Assembly: GCA_902475645.1 (NCBI GenBank)
Contig: CABSAH010000001.1
Span: 1 to 37,825, forward strand
Reading direction: 5' to 3'
DNA: 37,825 nucleotides
DNA from: an uncultured Christensenellaceae bacterium
GTDB lineage: Bacteria > Bacillota > Clostridia > Christensenellales > CAG-138
Part shown: positions 1 to 8,608 of the stretch, piece after piece
How the letters are laid out: the number at the start of each line of letters is the position of its first letter
How positions within the stretch are numbered: position 1 is the first letter of the stretch
Position numbers and translations under genes: made by a program
The notes under the pieces: generated by a model
Database searches by the model: none
Told to the model about the DNA's origin: nothing
Seen by the model: only the letters and a program-made list of their open reading frames with translations

Positions 1-31
1 AGCGTAAAAAGAAACCGAAGGAGGTGATTGA

Positions 32-244
32 GTGGTAGACACAAAGGCGTTGCATGGCGTAATTATATCAAGGGGCGAGACCCAAAGAAGCATTGCGAAG
101 AAGATAGGGATGCCACTTTCAACATTTTGCACTAAGATGCGGCGAAAATCGTTCAACAGTGATGATATGTTCGCACTGCGCCGCGAGTTGGGGATGAGTG
201 ACAGCATGGCTATCGAAATTTTTTTTGCAGATGAAGTAGCGTGA
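32..244 (+). CDS. Cro/XRE-like helix-turn-helix early regulator (70 aa)
   Basis: GTG start about 8 nt after GGAGG (21-25). HTH-like segment ETQRSIAKKIGMPLSTFCTKM. Small size and a position at the left end of the early region. Confidence 0.55.
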   Translation: MVDTKALHGVIISRGETQRSIAKKIGMPLSTFCTKMRRKSFNSDDMFALRRELGMSDSMAIEIFFADEVA

Positions 245-274
245 GAATCTACCAGCAAAAGAAAGGGGCATGAG

Positions 275-299
275 GTGACCTGACTATTATTCAGGTCAC
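275..299. repeat. 9-bp perfect inverted repeat GTGACCTGA-N7-TCAGGTCAC (operator or stem-loop)
   Basis: Read directly from the sequence in the intergenic region after the Cro-like gene. No T-tract follows, so it is not a classical terminator. Confidence 0.5.
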
Positions 300-321
300 A
301 TCCGGAGGAAAGGAGGCGGAG

Positions 322-411
322 ATGCGCGACAGACTTTCGTTGGGACTGATAATTTTTTGTGTGGGCTTGGTCGTAATCGCGGTGGCGAGCTGGCTGTGCC
401 ACACGGCATGA
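322..411 (+). CDS. Small hydrophobic peptide (29 aa, MRDRLSLGLIIFCVGLVVIAVASWLCHTA)
   Basis: ATG preceded by AGGAGG at good spacing. A single predicted TM helix. Below the 60-aa cutoff of the ORF track, so translated by hand. Confidence 0.3.
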   Translation: MRDRLSLGLIIFCVGLVVIAVASWLCHTA

Positions 412-445
412 GAAAAGGAGGAAAGATGCTGGATGGATTGGGAGG

Positions 446-958
446 TTACAACTGACATCTTCGGCCAAGTGGAACTACGAATTTTTTTGACCTGTGACCA
501 ATGGCATGAACTTGAAACGTCACCTGTTTGGCATCGTCTGATGGAATTCGTGGGAGAGCTTGAAAAAGCACAAGAGCGTTCTGCGCCGACAAAGGTTCAA
601 CCTTGATAGGCAGCGGCGCTGAAAATTCTTCCGTGTAACCCACAATTTCCGCGCCCCTGCGTCGAGTGTATGACCGTACAAGGGTAGGAGTAGGCTCACA
701 TTGAAATGGCTTGCCATCAATCATCAAATATACATTTGTTATGGCGGTGGGGAGCTGGGAAGTATTTTCAAAGCACAGCAAGAAGAAAGCCGTTTGCCGT
801 AATGCACGCCACTCAATGCAGCGGACTTGAATGGACGGGCGTTTGACCACAAAAGCATAAACGGACGCTACAACAGCAACCAGCGTGCTTATCACAGTCA
901 CAGCAAACGAGAGCGAATTAGGAATTTCAATTGCTGCTATTTTATCCCATAGCGACAT
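446..958 (-). CDS. Membrane-anchored hypothetical protein (about 170 aa), opposite strand to the early genes
   Basis: From ORF 446-967. The ATG at 958 (MSLWDK...) lies 8 nt after GGAGG on the minus strand, whereas the GTG at 967 abuts the RBS. N-terminal TM segment IPNSLSFAVTVISTLVAVVASVYAFVV. Confidence 0.55.
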   Translation of the reverse strand: MSLWDKIAAIEIPNSLSFAVTVISTLVAVVASVYAFVVKRPSIQVRCIEWRALRQTAFFLLCFENTSQLPTAITNVYLMIDGKPFQCEPTPTLVRSYTRRRGAEIVGYTEEFSAPLPIKVEPLSAQNALVLFQALPRIPSDDAKQVTFQVHAIGHRSKKFVVPLGRRCQL

Positions 959-1022
959 AAAGAACACCTCCGTTTATAGGAGATTATACCACAAAAGCAA
1001 TCAAAAAGGAGGAAAAGAGGAA

Positions 1023-1373
1023 ATGAGAAAGTGCGAAATTTGCGGGGCAAACCTTGACAGCGGGGAGCGCTGCGACTGTGAGCGCGAGAGCGACAGGGAG
1101 AAGCTTGACAGGGCGTGCTGGATGATAAAAGAGGCCATATCCACCATGCGCGTGGCTGACAGGCTGCTGAGGGAGTGCGGGATTAAACCCTGCGCGATCC
1201 TTGATTACGACCATGATATCACGGACAAGTATGGGCGGCACTTCCAGCTCCATTCCGGCAGGGAAGCCTTTGAGCGTATCACCGGAGAGAAGCGGAAGGA
1301 AGAGCCGACGGGCTATGACTTTATACGGGCGTCAACCATATACCGCGGAGTAAAAATCATAGAGCTGCGATAG
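1023..1373 (+). CDS. Hypothetical protein with N-terminal Cys4 knuckle (CEICGANLDSGERCDCE)
   Basis: Internal ATG of ORF 885-1373, preceded by AAAGGAGGAAAAGAGG. The upstream part of the ORF overlaps the minus-strand gene. Confidence 0.55.
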   Translation: MRKCEICGANLDSGERCDCERESDREKLDRACWMIKEAISTMRVADRLLRECGIKPCAILDYDHDITDKYGRHFQLHSGREAFERITGEKRKEEPTGYDFIRASTIYRGVKIIELR

Positions 1374-1386
1374 GAGGGCGAGGGCA

Positions 1387-1692
1387 GTGGATTTTGAAAA
1401 GATGATGCGCGAGATGATACAGCAGGCCGTGGACGAGCGCATACACTGCGCCGAGGCGGTAGAGGAGCGCATGGTACGGGCGCACGGCGAGTATGTGACT
1501 GTGACGCAGGCCGCTAAGCTGCTAAATGTCAGCCCGTCCACGGTGCGGCGCATGCTCGATGATGGGCGGCTTGTCGGCACAGCCCAGGGTGCGCCGCTGG
1601 TGATGGTGCGGAGCATGGCGGAGATGGCCGAGACGGGCAAGACGCGGCGGGAAAAGTACCCCGATTTTAAGATAGTCAGGAGGCAAGCATGA
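1387..1692 (+). CDS. Excisionase/MerR-type HTH DNA-binding protein
   Basis: GTG start 8 nt after AGGAGGG. The motif VTVTQAAKLLNVSPSTVRRMLDDGRL is typical of the excisionase-family HTH_17 fold. Confidence 0.55.
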   Translation: MDFEKMMREMIQQAVDERIHCAEAVEERMVRAHGEYVTVTQAAKLLNVSPSTVRRMLDDGRLVGTAQGAPLVMVRSMAEMAETGKTRREKYPDFKIVRRQA

Positions 1693-1826
1693 CAAAGCTT
1701 ACAAGGGCTGAATTTGTTGCCCGTGCCGTGGCGGATATGAACCGCGCAAAGCAGCGTGGGCGCAGGGAGGCGTGGCTTTCGACAAGAGACCACATAGAAG
1801 CCGAAAGGAGGAAGCGGAGGAAGTGA
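1689..1826 (+). CDS. Small basic hypothetical protein (45 aa)
   Basis: ATGA overlap with the upstream stop. Hand translation MTKLTRAEFVARAVADMNRAKQRGRREAWLSTRDHIEAERRKRRK. Fills an otherwise non-coding gap. Confidence 0.35.
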   Translation: MTKLTRAEFVARAVADMNRAKQRGRREAWLSTRDHIEAERRKRRK

Positions 1827-1951
1827 GCATTTTCAAGATTATCCTATGGGCATATCTGCTGGGCGGCGAGGCCGTACTGCTGGCGATTGCTTTTAGCATT
1901 TGCCGCAAGGACGTAAGGAAGGGGAGGAAGTATGAGCAAGGAGACATTTAA
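1823..1951 (+). CDS. Small hydrophobic peptide (42 aa), tentative
   Basis: GTGA overlap with the previous ORF. Hand translation contains a TM-like stretch IILWAYLLGGEAVLLAIAFSI. Overlaps the next ORF by 20 nt. Confidence 0.25.
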   Translation: MSIFKIILWAYLLGGEAVLLAIAFSICRKDVRKGRKYEQGDI

Positions 1952-2117
1952 GAGCCGTGTGTACACGGACAGACCGCCATATGCGGATTTTGACGCTCCG
2001 CATAAATATGGAAGCAACAAGTTAAAAAAAGCCCCGCAACCGGGCAAAATAACCACCGCAGGGCGTGAAAATCAAGTTATAAGCAAGTGTTGCGGTGTCA
2101 TAGCGTATAACCATTAG
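1932..2117 (+). CDS. Hypothetical protein (61 aa)
   Basis: From the ORF track. GGAGG lies just upstream of the ATG. No recognisable motif. Confidence 0.4.
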   Translation: MSKETFKSRVYTDRPPYADFDAPHKYGSNKLKKAPQPGKITTAGRENQVISKCCGVIAYNH

Positions 2118-2137
2118 GGAGACGGAGGAGTAAGGCA

Positions 2138-2569
2138 ATGAAAGAAAAACTTAACATGGGTATTGAAATCGACAAAGAGCTTATAGAAAGTAATGTGAGC
2201 AATGCTGTATGCGCCGCCATAGCAAGTGCATTGGGAGACACAGATGCGTTGATTAGTAAAGCTGTGAAGGCGGTTGTATCGTCGTATGTAGACTCAGAAG
2301 GTCAGCCGTGTAGTTCAGGCAGCTATCGCGCAATACCATATCTTAAATATTTGGCTGAACGGAGTATTAAAGAGTCTGTGAAAAGTGAAATAGCTAAAAT
2401 GGTCGAAGAAAATAAAGAGCAGTTTTCACAAGCCATTCGGGCAGAGCTGAACAAACCATCTGTCCGGCAACAACTGGCTACGGCGTTCATAGATGCGGTC
2501 ATTGGTGCGGCACAACAGGATTGGAGGATGCCGATATCAGTCTCCTTCGATCGCCACGAGGACTACTAA
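2138..2569 (+). CDS. Hypothetical protein (143 aa)
   Basis: RBS GACGGAGGAG upstream. Protein-like composition. Directly abuts the next gene. Confidence 0.6.
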   Translation: MKEKLNMGIEIDKELIESNVSNAVCAAIASALGDTDALISKAVKAVVSSYVDSEGQPCSSGSYRAIPYLKYLAERSIKESVKSEIAKMVEENKEQFSQAIRAELNKPSVRQQLATAFIDAVIGAAQQDWRMPISVSFDRHEDY

Positions 2570-2590
2570 ATGAGGCAAGAGGAGGATACT

Positions 2591-3142
2591 ATGGAAGCAA
2601 AAGAAAAGCCCGCTGCGGGAGTTAGTACGCAAGCGAGCCGTGATAAAGCAGGGGAAAACCCCTCTATCGAAAGTATATCATATCGCTTACCTTTTGGTCA
2701 AGCCGTACCCTTTGTGGCGTATGAAAAAGTAGCGGGCGGGGCGAAGGGGCTTGTGAGAATCGGGCAGGAGGTTTGCCCGAAGTTTGACAAGAGCAATTAC
2801 AGCAAGGCCAAGAAGCCGGACGAGACGGGCGTGACACTATATAAGGCGGTTGCCAAGGCGTGGCAGGCGGCATATCCCGAAATAGCCGCCAAACAGCCCC
2901 GCAGACACGAGCCACAGGACAGGCCGTGCAAAATCACGCTGAGGGTATCAAAAGACCTGTATGGGCGGTTGCAACAAGACCAGAGGGGACGCACGATGCA
3001 GAACACAATCATGGAAATGATTATGGACTGCGTGATGAATCCGGGCAAAACGCGGACGGAGCTTTGGGCGGAGAATGCAATCTTAAAGGCGGAAATAATT
3101 TCGTTGAAGGCGAGGCTGAATGATGACGATGAAGAAGATTAA
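2591..3142 (+). CDS. Hypothetical protein (183 aa)
   Basis: From ORF 2570-3142. The second ATG at 2591 has the better RBS (GAGGAGGA, 6-nt spacing). Acidic C-terminal tail DDDEED. Confidence 0.55.
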   Translation: MEAKEKPAAGVSTQASRDKAGENPSIESISYRLPFGQAVPFVAYEKVAGGAKGLVRIGQEVCPKFDKSNYSKAKKPDETGVTLYKAVAKAWQAAYPEIAAKQPRRHEPQDRPCKITLRVSKDLYGRLQQDQRGRTMQNTIMEMIMDCVMNPGKTRTELWAENAILKAEIISLKARLNDDDEED

Positions 3143-4052
3143 AACTGCCAATATGTCCCGCGAGGACTGGCTCAATCTGCGTCGGCACAGCATAGGCGGC
3201 TCCGATGCGGCTGCAATAGTGGGGCTTAACGAATATGCCTCCCCCTTCTCCGTGTGGGCGGATAAGCGCGGGCTGACGGAGGACAAGCCCGACAATGAGG
3301 CCATGCGGCAGGGGCGCGACCTTGAGGAATATGTGGCGCAGCGGTTTTGCGCTGAGACGGGCAAGCGCGTTAAGAGGTGCAACTACACGCTGTATAACAC
3401 GCTGTATCCGTTCGCCCATGCAAATATTGACCGTAGTATCGTGGGAGAGAATGCGGGGCTTGAATGCAAAACAACTTCCGCTTTGAACATGCGGAAGTTC
3501 AAAAACGGCGAGTTCCCCGCAAATTACTATGTACAATGCATGCATTATATGGCCGTCACGGGCATGGATAAATGGTACTTGGCCGTGCTTGTGCTTAACA
3601 AGGCTTTCATGGTTTTCGAGATAGAGCGGGACGAGGGCGAGATTGCGGCGCTTATGGCCGCCGAGGAGGAATTCTGGGCGCATGTGAATGCGGGCGTTCC
3701 GCCCGCACCTGACGGCAGCAAGGCCACCACCGACGTTATAACCAAACTATACGCGGAAGCATATACGGACGATGTTGTCAATTTGGCTGACTGTATGCAA
3801 AATTTCTATGAGCTGAAAGCAATACAGGAGCAAATGAAAACGCTGGAGAGCCGAAAGAACGAGCTGCAAAACGTTATTAAAACGCACATGGGAGCCTCAG
3901 AGCGCGGAGAGTGCGGCGACTTCACCGTTACATGGAAGAATCAGAGGCGCACAAGCTATGATATGGGACGCTTAACGGCTGACTACCCCGACATAGACTT
4001 AGCAGGGTATGCGCGCACTACTCAAACGCGCGTTTTCAAAATAAGCATATAA
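3120..4052 (+). CDS. YqaJ-like viral recombinase-domain exonuclease (PD-(D/E)XK, lambda Exo-like)
   Basis: N-terminal signature REDWLNLRRHSIGGSDAAAIVGLNEYASPFSVWADKRG and the later ECKT motif, both typical of the YqaJ family. Immediately precedes RecT. Confidence 0.85.
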   Translation: MMTMKKIKTANMSREDWLNLRRHSIGGSDAAAIVGLNEYASPFSVWADKRGLTEDKPDNEAMRQGRDLEEYVAQRFCAETGKRVKRCNYTLYNTLYPFAHANIDRSIVGENAGLECKTTSALNMRKFKNGEFPANYYVQCMHYMAVTGMDKWYLAVLVLNKAFMVFEIERDEGEIAALMAAEEEFWAHVNAGVPPAPDGSKATTDVITKLYAEAYTDDVVNLADCMQNFYELKAIQEQMKTLESRKNELQNVIKTHMGASERGECGDFTVTWKNQRRTSYDMGRLTADYPDIDLAGYARTTQTRVFKISI

Positions 4053-4067
4053 GGAGAGAAAAAGAAG

Positions 4068-4928
4068 ATGGAAGCAAACAAAATCCAGAAGGCTACGGCC
4101 ACGGCAGCACCCGCCGCAAAAGCATCACAGACAGTTAATCAGCTAATGAACAGCATACTTGACGGAGAGGGTATGCGAAAGCGGTTTAATGACCTGCTCG
4201 GCAAACGCGCGCCGCAATTCATAAGCAGTGTTGTATCTATGGTTAATGCCGATAAGACAATGCAGATGGCCTTTTACGAAAGCCCGATGACCGTAATACA
4301 GGCCGCACTAAAGGCCGCGACCTTTGACCTACCTATAGACCAAAACCTTGGCTATGCCTATATAGTCCCGTTCAAAAATTACAAAAAGGATACGGGGAAA
4401 TCTGTGCATGAAGCGACTTTCATACTTGGCTGGAAGGGCATGCACCAGCTTGCACTACGCACGGGCGCTTATAAGACCATTAACGTGGTGGACGTGCGCG
4501 AAGGCGAGCTTGAGAGTTATAACCGCCTTACGGAGGAGGTGAAAATAAACTTTATTGAGGACGAGGAAGAGCGCGAGAGTAAACCCGTTATTGGGTATCT
4601 GGGCTATTATCGTTTGGTGAACGGGGCTGAGAAAACAATTTATATGTCCCTAAAGCAGATAGAGGCGCATGAACTGAAATTCCGCAAAGGGCAATCCATG
4701 GGTAAAGGCTGGCGGGATGACTTTGACGCGATGGCGCGTAAGACTGTATATCGCAAGCTAATCGGCAAATGGGGCGTGATGTCTATAGACTACCGCACCG
4801 TGGGCGAAGGGCAGCAGATAGCGGACGCGCTTGCGGCTGACGCGGAGCAGGAAAAGGCATTGGACAATGCCATAGATATAACGCCGCCCGAAAGCATAGA
4901 CGCAGAGACGGGCGAAATCAAGGAATAA
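4068..4928 (+). CDS. recT: RecT-family single-strand annealing recombinase
   Basis: Motifs SVVSMVNADKTM, GYAYIVPFKN, GWKGMHQLALRTGAYK and RKTVYRKLI match my memory of RecT. Paired with YqaJ upstream. Confidence 0.85.
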   Translation: MEANKIQKATATAAPAAKASQTVNQLMNSILDGEGMRKRFNDLLGKRAPQFISSVVSMVNADKTMQMAFYESPMTVIQAALKAATFDLPIDQNLGYAYIVPFKNYKKDTGKSVHEATFILGWKGMHQLALRTGAYKTINVVDVREGELESYNRLTEEVKINFIEDEEERESKPVIGYLGYYRLVNGAEKTIYMSLKQIEAHELKFRKGQSMGKGWRDDFDAMARKTVYRKLIGKWGVMSIDYRTVGEGQQIADALAADAEQEKALDNAIDITPPESIDAETGEIKE

Positions 4929-4984
4929 TTTGTGGGCACAGCAGGGCGCGGCACGATAGCCGCCCCTGCGGGAAGGATAAAAGC

Positions 4985-5365
4985 ATGAATTATGTGGGCA
5001 TGATAGGGCGATTAACCAAAATCCCCGACATAAGACAGACCAACACCGGCAAAAACGTATGCACCTTTACGCTGGCGGTAAACCGCCGCTACAAGGACGC
5101 GCAAGGCAAAGCCACGGCTGACTTCTTCTCCGTGCAGGCGTGGGAAAAGCTGGCCGAGCTGTGCGCCCGGTATCTGGACAAGGGCAGCAAGGTATTTGTA
5201 TCCGGCGAGCTGCGTAACCGGAGCTACGAGGCAAAGGACGGCACAAAGCGGACTGTGACCGAGATAATCGCAAGCGAGGTGGAGTTCTTGTCACCCAAAG
5301 CCGAACCCGCAATGCCGCCCATGGAGGAATGGGAGCAGTTCGAGGACAGCGACTTGCCGTTTTAA
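4985..5365 (+). CDS. ssb: Single-stranded DNA-binding protein
   Basis: OB-fold start MNYVGMIGRLTKIPDIRQT...FTLAVNR, plus the acidic C-terminal tip EDSDLPF characteristic of bacterial and phage SSBs. Confidence 0.9.
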   Translation: MNYVGMIGRLTKIPDIRQTNTGKNVCTFTLAVNRRYKDAQGKATADFFSVQAWEKLAELCARYLDKGSKVFVSGELRNRSYEAKDGTKRTVTEIIASEVEFLSPKAEPAMPPMEEWEQFEDSDLPF

Positions 5366-5377
5366 GGAGGTAGGAGT

Positions 5378-5617
5378 ATGCGAAAAGAATTTGAGGTCAA
5401 CATGAGCCGAGATATAGGGATTATATCCTCCGCCAACGGATATACGCTTGAGCTTAACCACTGCGGCTTTAACGGATATCCGCCAAAGTGGGATTTAAGG
5501 CGCTGGGACAGGCAGAACAACAGACCATTAAAAGGGGTTGCAATGACGGACGATGAAATCAAGGTGCTGTATACGCTTCTCACAGATGAGGTAATGCCCT
5601 ATATAAGCGATTGCTGA
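5378..5617 (+). CDS. YdbC/PC4-like putative ssDNA-binding protein
   Basis: FNGYPPKWDLRRWDRQNNRPLKGVAMTDDEIKVL resembles the W-N-G-x-P-P-K-x-D-I-R-x-W ... GKGITLT motif I recall for the YdbC (PC4-like) family. Strong RBS AAGGAGG. Confidence 0.55.
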   Translation: MRKEFEVNMSRDIGIISSANGYTLELNHCGFNGYPPKWDLRRWDRQNNRPLKGVAMTDDEIKVLYTLLTDEVMPYISDC

Positions 5618-5628
5618 AAGGAGCGACC

Positions 5629-6417
5629 ATGCCGAATAGAATCATAAAGGAGAGCATAACTACAAGCGAAAAGTTAGCGTCCCTTTCGGATTTTGAGTTT
5701 CGGCTTTGGATAGGATTGATTACTCAGGCTGACGATGCAGGGCGCGGAGATGCCCGCCCTGCCGTGATTAAAGGCCGCGTTTTCCCGTTTCGGGAAAGGT
5801 TAACCGTTAAGGACGTTGGTAGTTCCCTCCGTGCGTTGGCGGATAAAGGCTGCGTCACCCTCTACGAGATAGGCGGGAGGCCCTACTTTTATTTCCCAAA
5901 TTGGAGCAAGCACCAGCGCGTCCGCGACTGCAAACCAAAGTATCCCGGACCCACGGATGACAGCTTGCGGCAAGTTGCGGCAGATTGCGGCGAAGCGCGG
6001 CAGAGTGCGGCTATAATCCAATCCAATCCAATCCAATCCGAATACAATATACCCCCCCTATCCCCTAACGGGGATATCGCCCCCCCTGAGGGGGCACACC
6101 CCCACGAGCGCAAGTATGGCGAGTTTGACAATGTGGTTTTGACGGCGGAAGAGGTAGACAAGCTGAAAGCCCGCTTTGCGGACTGGGAAGAGCGTATAGA
6201 GCGACTGTCGCAGTACCTCAAGGCTAATCCCCGTAAGCGCTATGGCAGCCACTATGCCACTTTGCTCATGTGGGCGGACGGGGACGGGAAAAAGGCAGCG
6301 GTTCGCAAGCCGCTTACTTCCCCGCGCCCGAACCGGCAGCGGGATTTAGTGAGCAGCCGCGCATACAGCGGGGCAGAGCTTGACGGGGTGGGGCATGACC
6401 TTTTGGGAGGTGATTAG
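5629..6417 (+). CDS. Phage replisome organizer / DnaD-like replication initiation protein
   Basis: The N-terminus NRIIKESITTSEKLASLSDFEFRLWIGLITQADDAGRGDARPAVIKGRVFPF matches the phage replisome-organizer N-terminal domain. RBS GAAAGGAG precedes the ATG at 5629. Contains internal DNA repeats. Confidence 0.65.
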   Translation: MPNRIIKESITTSEKLASLSDFEFRLWIGLITQADDAGRGDARPAVIKGRVFPFRERLTVKDVGSSLRALADKGCVTLYEIGGRPYFYFPNWSKHQRVRDCKPKYPGPTDDSLRQVAADCGEARQSAAIIQSNPIQSEYNIPPLSPNGDIAPPEGAHPHERKYGEFDNVVLTAEEVDKLKARFADWEERIERLSQYLKANPRKRYGSHYATLLMWADGDGKKAAVRKPLTSPRPNRQRDLVSSRAYSGAELDGVGHDLLGGD

Positions 6418-6419
6418 CT

Positions 6420-6635
6420 ATGCCGACACTTGAAATTATCCAGATTGTCAACGGCGCAACGAAGGTTCTGCGCACGGTGAAAAGCTATCCCGAGCTTTAC
6501 AAGGCATATCGGCTTATGAAAGCCCGCGGCGCCTTTGTGCGTATGCGGATAGACGGTGAGGTGCTGCCGATTTATCAGGCGGATAGCCGCGTGACGAAGA
6601 CCGACCAATCTGCGATATGGAGGAAGAGTTTTTGA
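6420..6635 (+). CDS. Hypothetical protein (71 aa)
   Basis: RBS GGGAGGTG upstream. Its stop overlaps the next start (TGATG). Confidence 0.5.
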   Translation: MPTLEIIQIVNGATKVLRTVKSYPELYKAYRLMKARGAFVRMRIDGEVLPIYQADSRVTKTDQSAIWRKSF

Positions 6636-7015
6636 TGAAGCGCACATATACCCCGCCAACCGTGCCCTTGGAGGACGCGGAGCAACGGATAATCTTTCAA
6701 TGGGCGGCAATGGAGACCGCCGCTTGCCCTGAGCTGGGGCTGCTGTACGCCATACCCAACGGCGGCAAGCGGGCAATAAAAACCGCAATCGCGCTGAAGG
6801 CGCAGGGCGTTAAATCAGGTGTGCCTGATATGTGCTTACCCGTGGCACGCGGAGCCTACCACGGGCTATACATCGAGCTTAAACGGCAGCGTGGCGGCAC
6901 GGTGAGCGAGCTGCAAAAAGAGTGGATAACCGCACTTACAGGGCAAGGCTATAAGGCCGTGGTTTGCAGGGGCGCAGAGGAGGCGATACGGACGATAAAG
7001 GAGTATTTGAAATGA
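6635..7015 (+). CDS. VRR-NUC domain nuclease
   Basis: GVPDMCLPVARGAYHGLYIELKRQRGGTVSELQKEWITALTGQGYKAVVCRGAEEAIRTIKEYL carries the D...ExK core and the layout typical of VRR-NUC. Confidence 0.8.
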   Translation: MKRTYTPPTVPLEDAEQRIIFQWAAMETAACPELGLLYAIPNGGKRAIKTAIALKAQGVKSGVPDMCLPVARGAYHGLYIELKRQRGGTVSELQKEWITALTGQGYKAVVCRGAEEAIRTIKEYLK

Positions 7016-7404
7016 GCTGTATAAAAATCAAAAGGTTCCAGACGTGCGATATTTGCCACGTGGAGCGCGAAGTCGAAGTGGCGCTTACGGCGCTTGATTT
7101 GCCAATGTACACCGAAGAAGGGCCGTGGGGAGGACGTTGTACGACCATGTGCAGATTAGCGGTGTGTGATTACTGCATGGAGGATTTACGCGACTTGCTT
7201 GACACAAAATACGCGACGCGCGAGGAAAACGGCGAAAGAATTTGTTACAAAAGGGAGGACGGGGAATGTACCCGGAAATCTGCGGAAAATGGTACGCCAA
7301 CTTTAGCACATCCGAATGTACGGCGCTGGCTGAAAAAACTCATTTCAAGGTCAAAAAGGGCAGAGGACCCATTGATGGATAAGTGGCAACGTTTGGAGGA
7401 ATGA
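7012..7404 (+). CDS. Hypothetical Cys-rich protein (130 aa)
   Basis: ATGA overlap with the VRR-NUC stop. Several CxxC pairs (CDICH, CDYC). Confidence 0.5.
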   Translation: MSCIKIKRFQTCDICHVEREVEVALTALDLPMYTEEGPWGGRCTTMCRLAVCDYCMEDLRDLLDTKYATREENGERICYKREDGECTRKSAENGTPTLAHPNVRRWLKKLISRSKRAEDPLMDKWQRLEE

Positions 7405-7409
7405 AAGGC

Positions 7410-7649
7410 ATGAATTTATATCTTTGCACGGATTTTTTGTATGAAGCGGGGCTATACGTTGCAGCGGAATCACGGGGCAAAGCGAAGCGCATGTACTGCG
7501 ATTATTGTGACCCTTTGCTGGATTTTCTCATGGTACGCACATACATAGTGCGCCACGATTTCAAAGCCCCTGCGGGCGTGTATGATGAAAATTGCGAAGC
7601 TTTAAGGGCTGCCGGGGTGCAGTATCGTGACGAAACGGAGGAGGAATGA
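7410..7649 (+). CDS. Hypothetical protein (79 aa)
   Basis: ATG 7 nt after GGAGGA. This is the internal start of ORF 7383-7649. Confidence 0.5.
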   Translation: MNLYLCTDFLYEAGLYVAAESRGKAKRMYCDYCDPLLDFLMVRTYIVRHDFKAPAGVYDENCEALRAAGVQYRDETEEE

Positions 7650-7652
7650 AAA

Positions 7653-7874
7653 ATGGATTGGATAAGCGTTAAGGACGGGATGCCGGAGGCAGGAATATAT
7701 GTCTTGGCTTGCTGCACAATGAAGGTGACAGACAAAATTAGATACGAGAAAGCGATTGTGATGGCGTTTGTTTGCGAAGATGGATTTGTAGACGTGGACC
7801 TTGACAAGGCAATCACGGCAGGCGTAACGCATTGGATGCCGCTGCCGGAGCTGCCGGAGGAGGGAAATCTGTAA
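7653..7874 (+). CDS. DUF551-like phage protein
   Basis: MDWISVKDGMPE...THWMPLPELP is the pattern I associate with DUF551. Confidence 0.65.
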   Translation: MDWISVKDGMPEAGIYVLACCTMKVTDKIRYEKAIVMAFVCEDGFVDVDLDKAITAGVTHWMPLPELPEEGNL

Positions 7875-8137
7875 TGAATATTTGTGATAAATGCAAGAAT
7901 TATTACCCGAATAATCATTACTGCCAATATTGGGATTGCGATGTCACGATACAACACGAAACGTGCTGCGGCTTTGCAAATATGACTAACGCCGACCTCA
8001 TCAGGACGATGAGCGACGAGGAACTGGCACATCTTTTAACTAACTGTTCAGTGGCTTCAGAATTTGATAGAAAATTTTGCTATCAAACGATTGTTGGCTG
8101 GCTTAGGCAACCAGCAGAGGAGACTGATGATGAATAA
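7874..8137 (+). CDS. Hypothetical Cys-rich protein (87 aa)
   Basis: TAATG overlap with the upstream stop. Begins MNICDKCKNYYPNNHYCQYWDCD. Confidence 0.55.
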   Translation: MNICDKCKNYYPNNHYCQYWDCDVTIQHETCCGFANMTNADLIRTMSDEELAHLLTNCSVASEFDRKFCYQTIVGWLRQPAEETDDE

Positions 8138-8414
8138 AGAATATGTGGGGCGAGAAGAAGTGATAAAAATTCTCGAACATTATGGCCTGTCGGATGGTTC
8201 GACGCTCGGCTATCATAGCGGCGCAATAGAGTGTGCAATATCCGCGATAGAGATGTTGCCCGCCGCCGATGTTGCGCCGATAGTACGCTGTAAGGATTGC
8301 CACTGGCGCGGGAGTGAAGAGTGCGCCATGTTTTACCGCTGCGAATGTGGGGAGCAGCACACATGGGAGACGGATAAAGACTTTTGCAGTTATGGAGAGA
8401 GGATAGACACATGA
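8127..8414 (+). CDS. Hypothetical Cys-rich protein (95 aa)
   Basis: Internal ATG of ORF 8064-8414 after GGAGAC. Overlaps the upstream gene by 11 nt. Contains CKDCHW...CECGEQH. Confidence 0.5.
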   Translation: MMNKEYVGREEVIKILEHYGLSDGSTLGYHSGAIECAISAIEMLPAADVAPIVRCKDCHWRGSEECAMFYRCECGEQHTWETDKDFCSYGERIDT

Positions 8415-8608
8415 GCAGAATGTACATACTTGAACACAAAAAGCTATACATCGTGCCGGAGCCGCTGCGAAAGAACCGGTGCTGCCAGTCTTACCGCTGG
8501 GAACAGGTTTGCATGTGCAGTGATAGATCTGTACTTGAGGAGGCGATTGCTAAACGGCGAAATCCGAAGGAGTGGAGAATCACAGAAACAGCATACGACG
8601 GCTTTTAG
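8411..8608 (+). CDS. Hypothetical protein (65 aa)
   Basis: ATGA overlap with the previous stop. This is the internal start of ORF 8384-8608. Confidence 0.45.
   Translation: MSRMYILEHKKLYIVPEPLRKNRCCQSYRWEQVCMCSDRSVLEEAIAKRRNPKEWRITETAYDGF

Noticed and set aside
885-1022. 5' extension of ORF 885-1373 (162-aa version)
   Set aside because: It overlaps the minus-strand membrane protein gene and lacks an RBS. The internal ATG at 1023 has a strong AAAGGAGG site.
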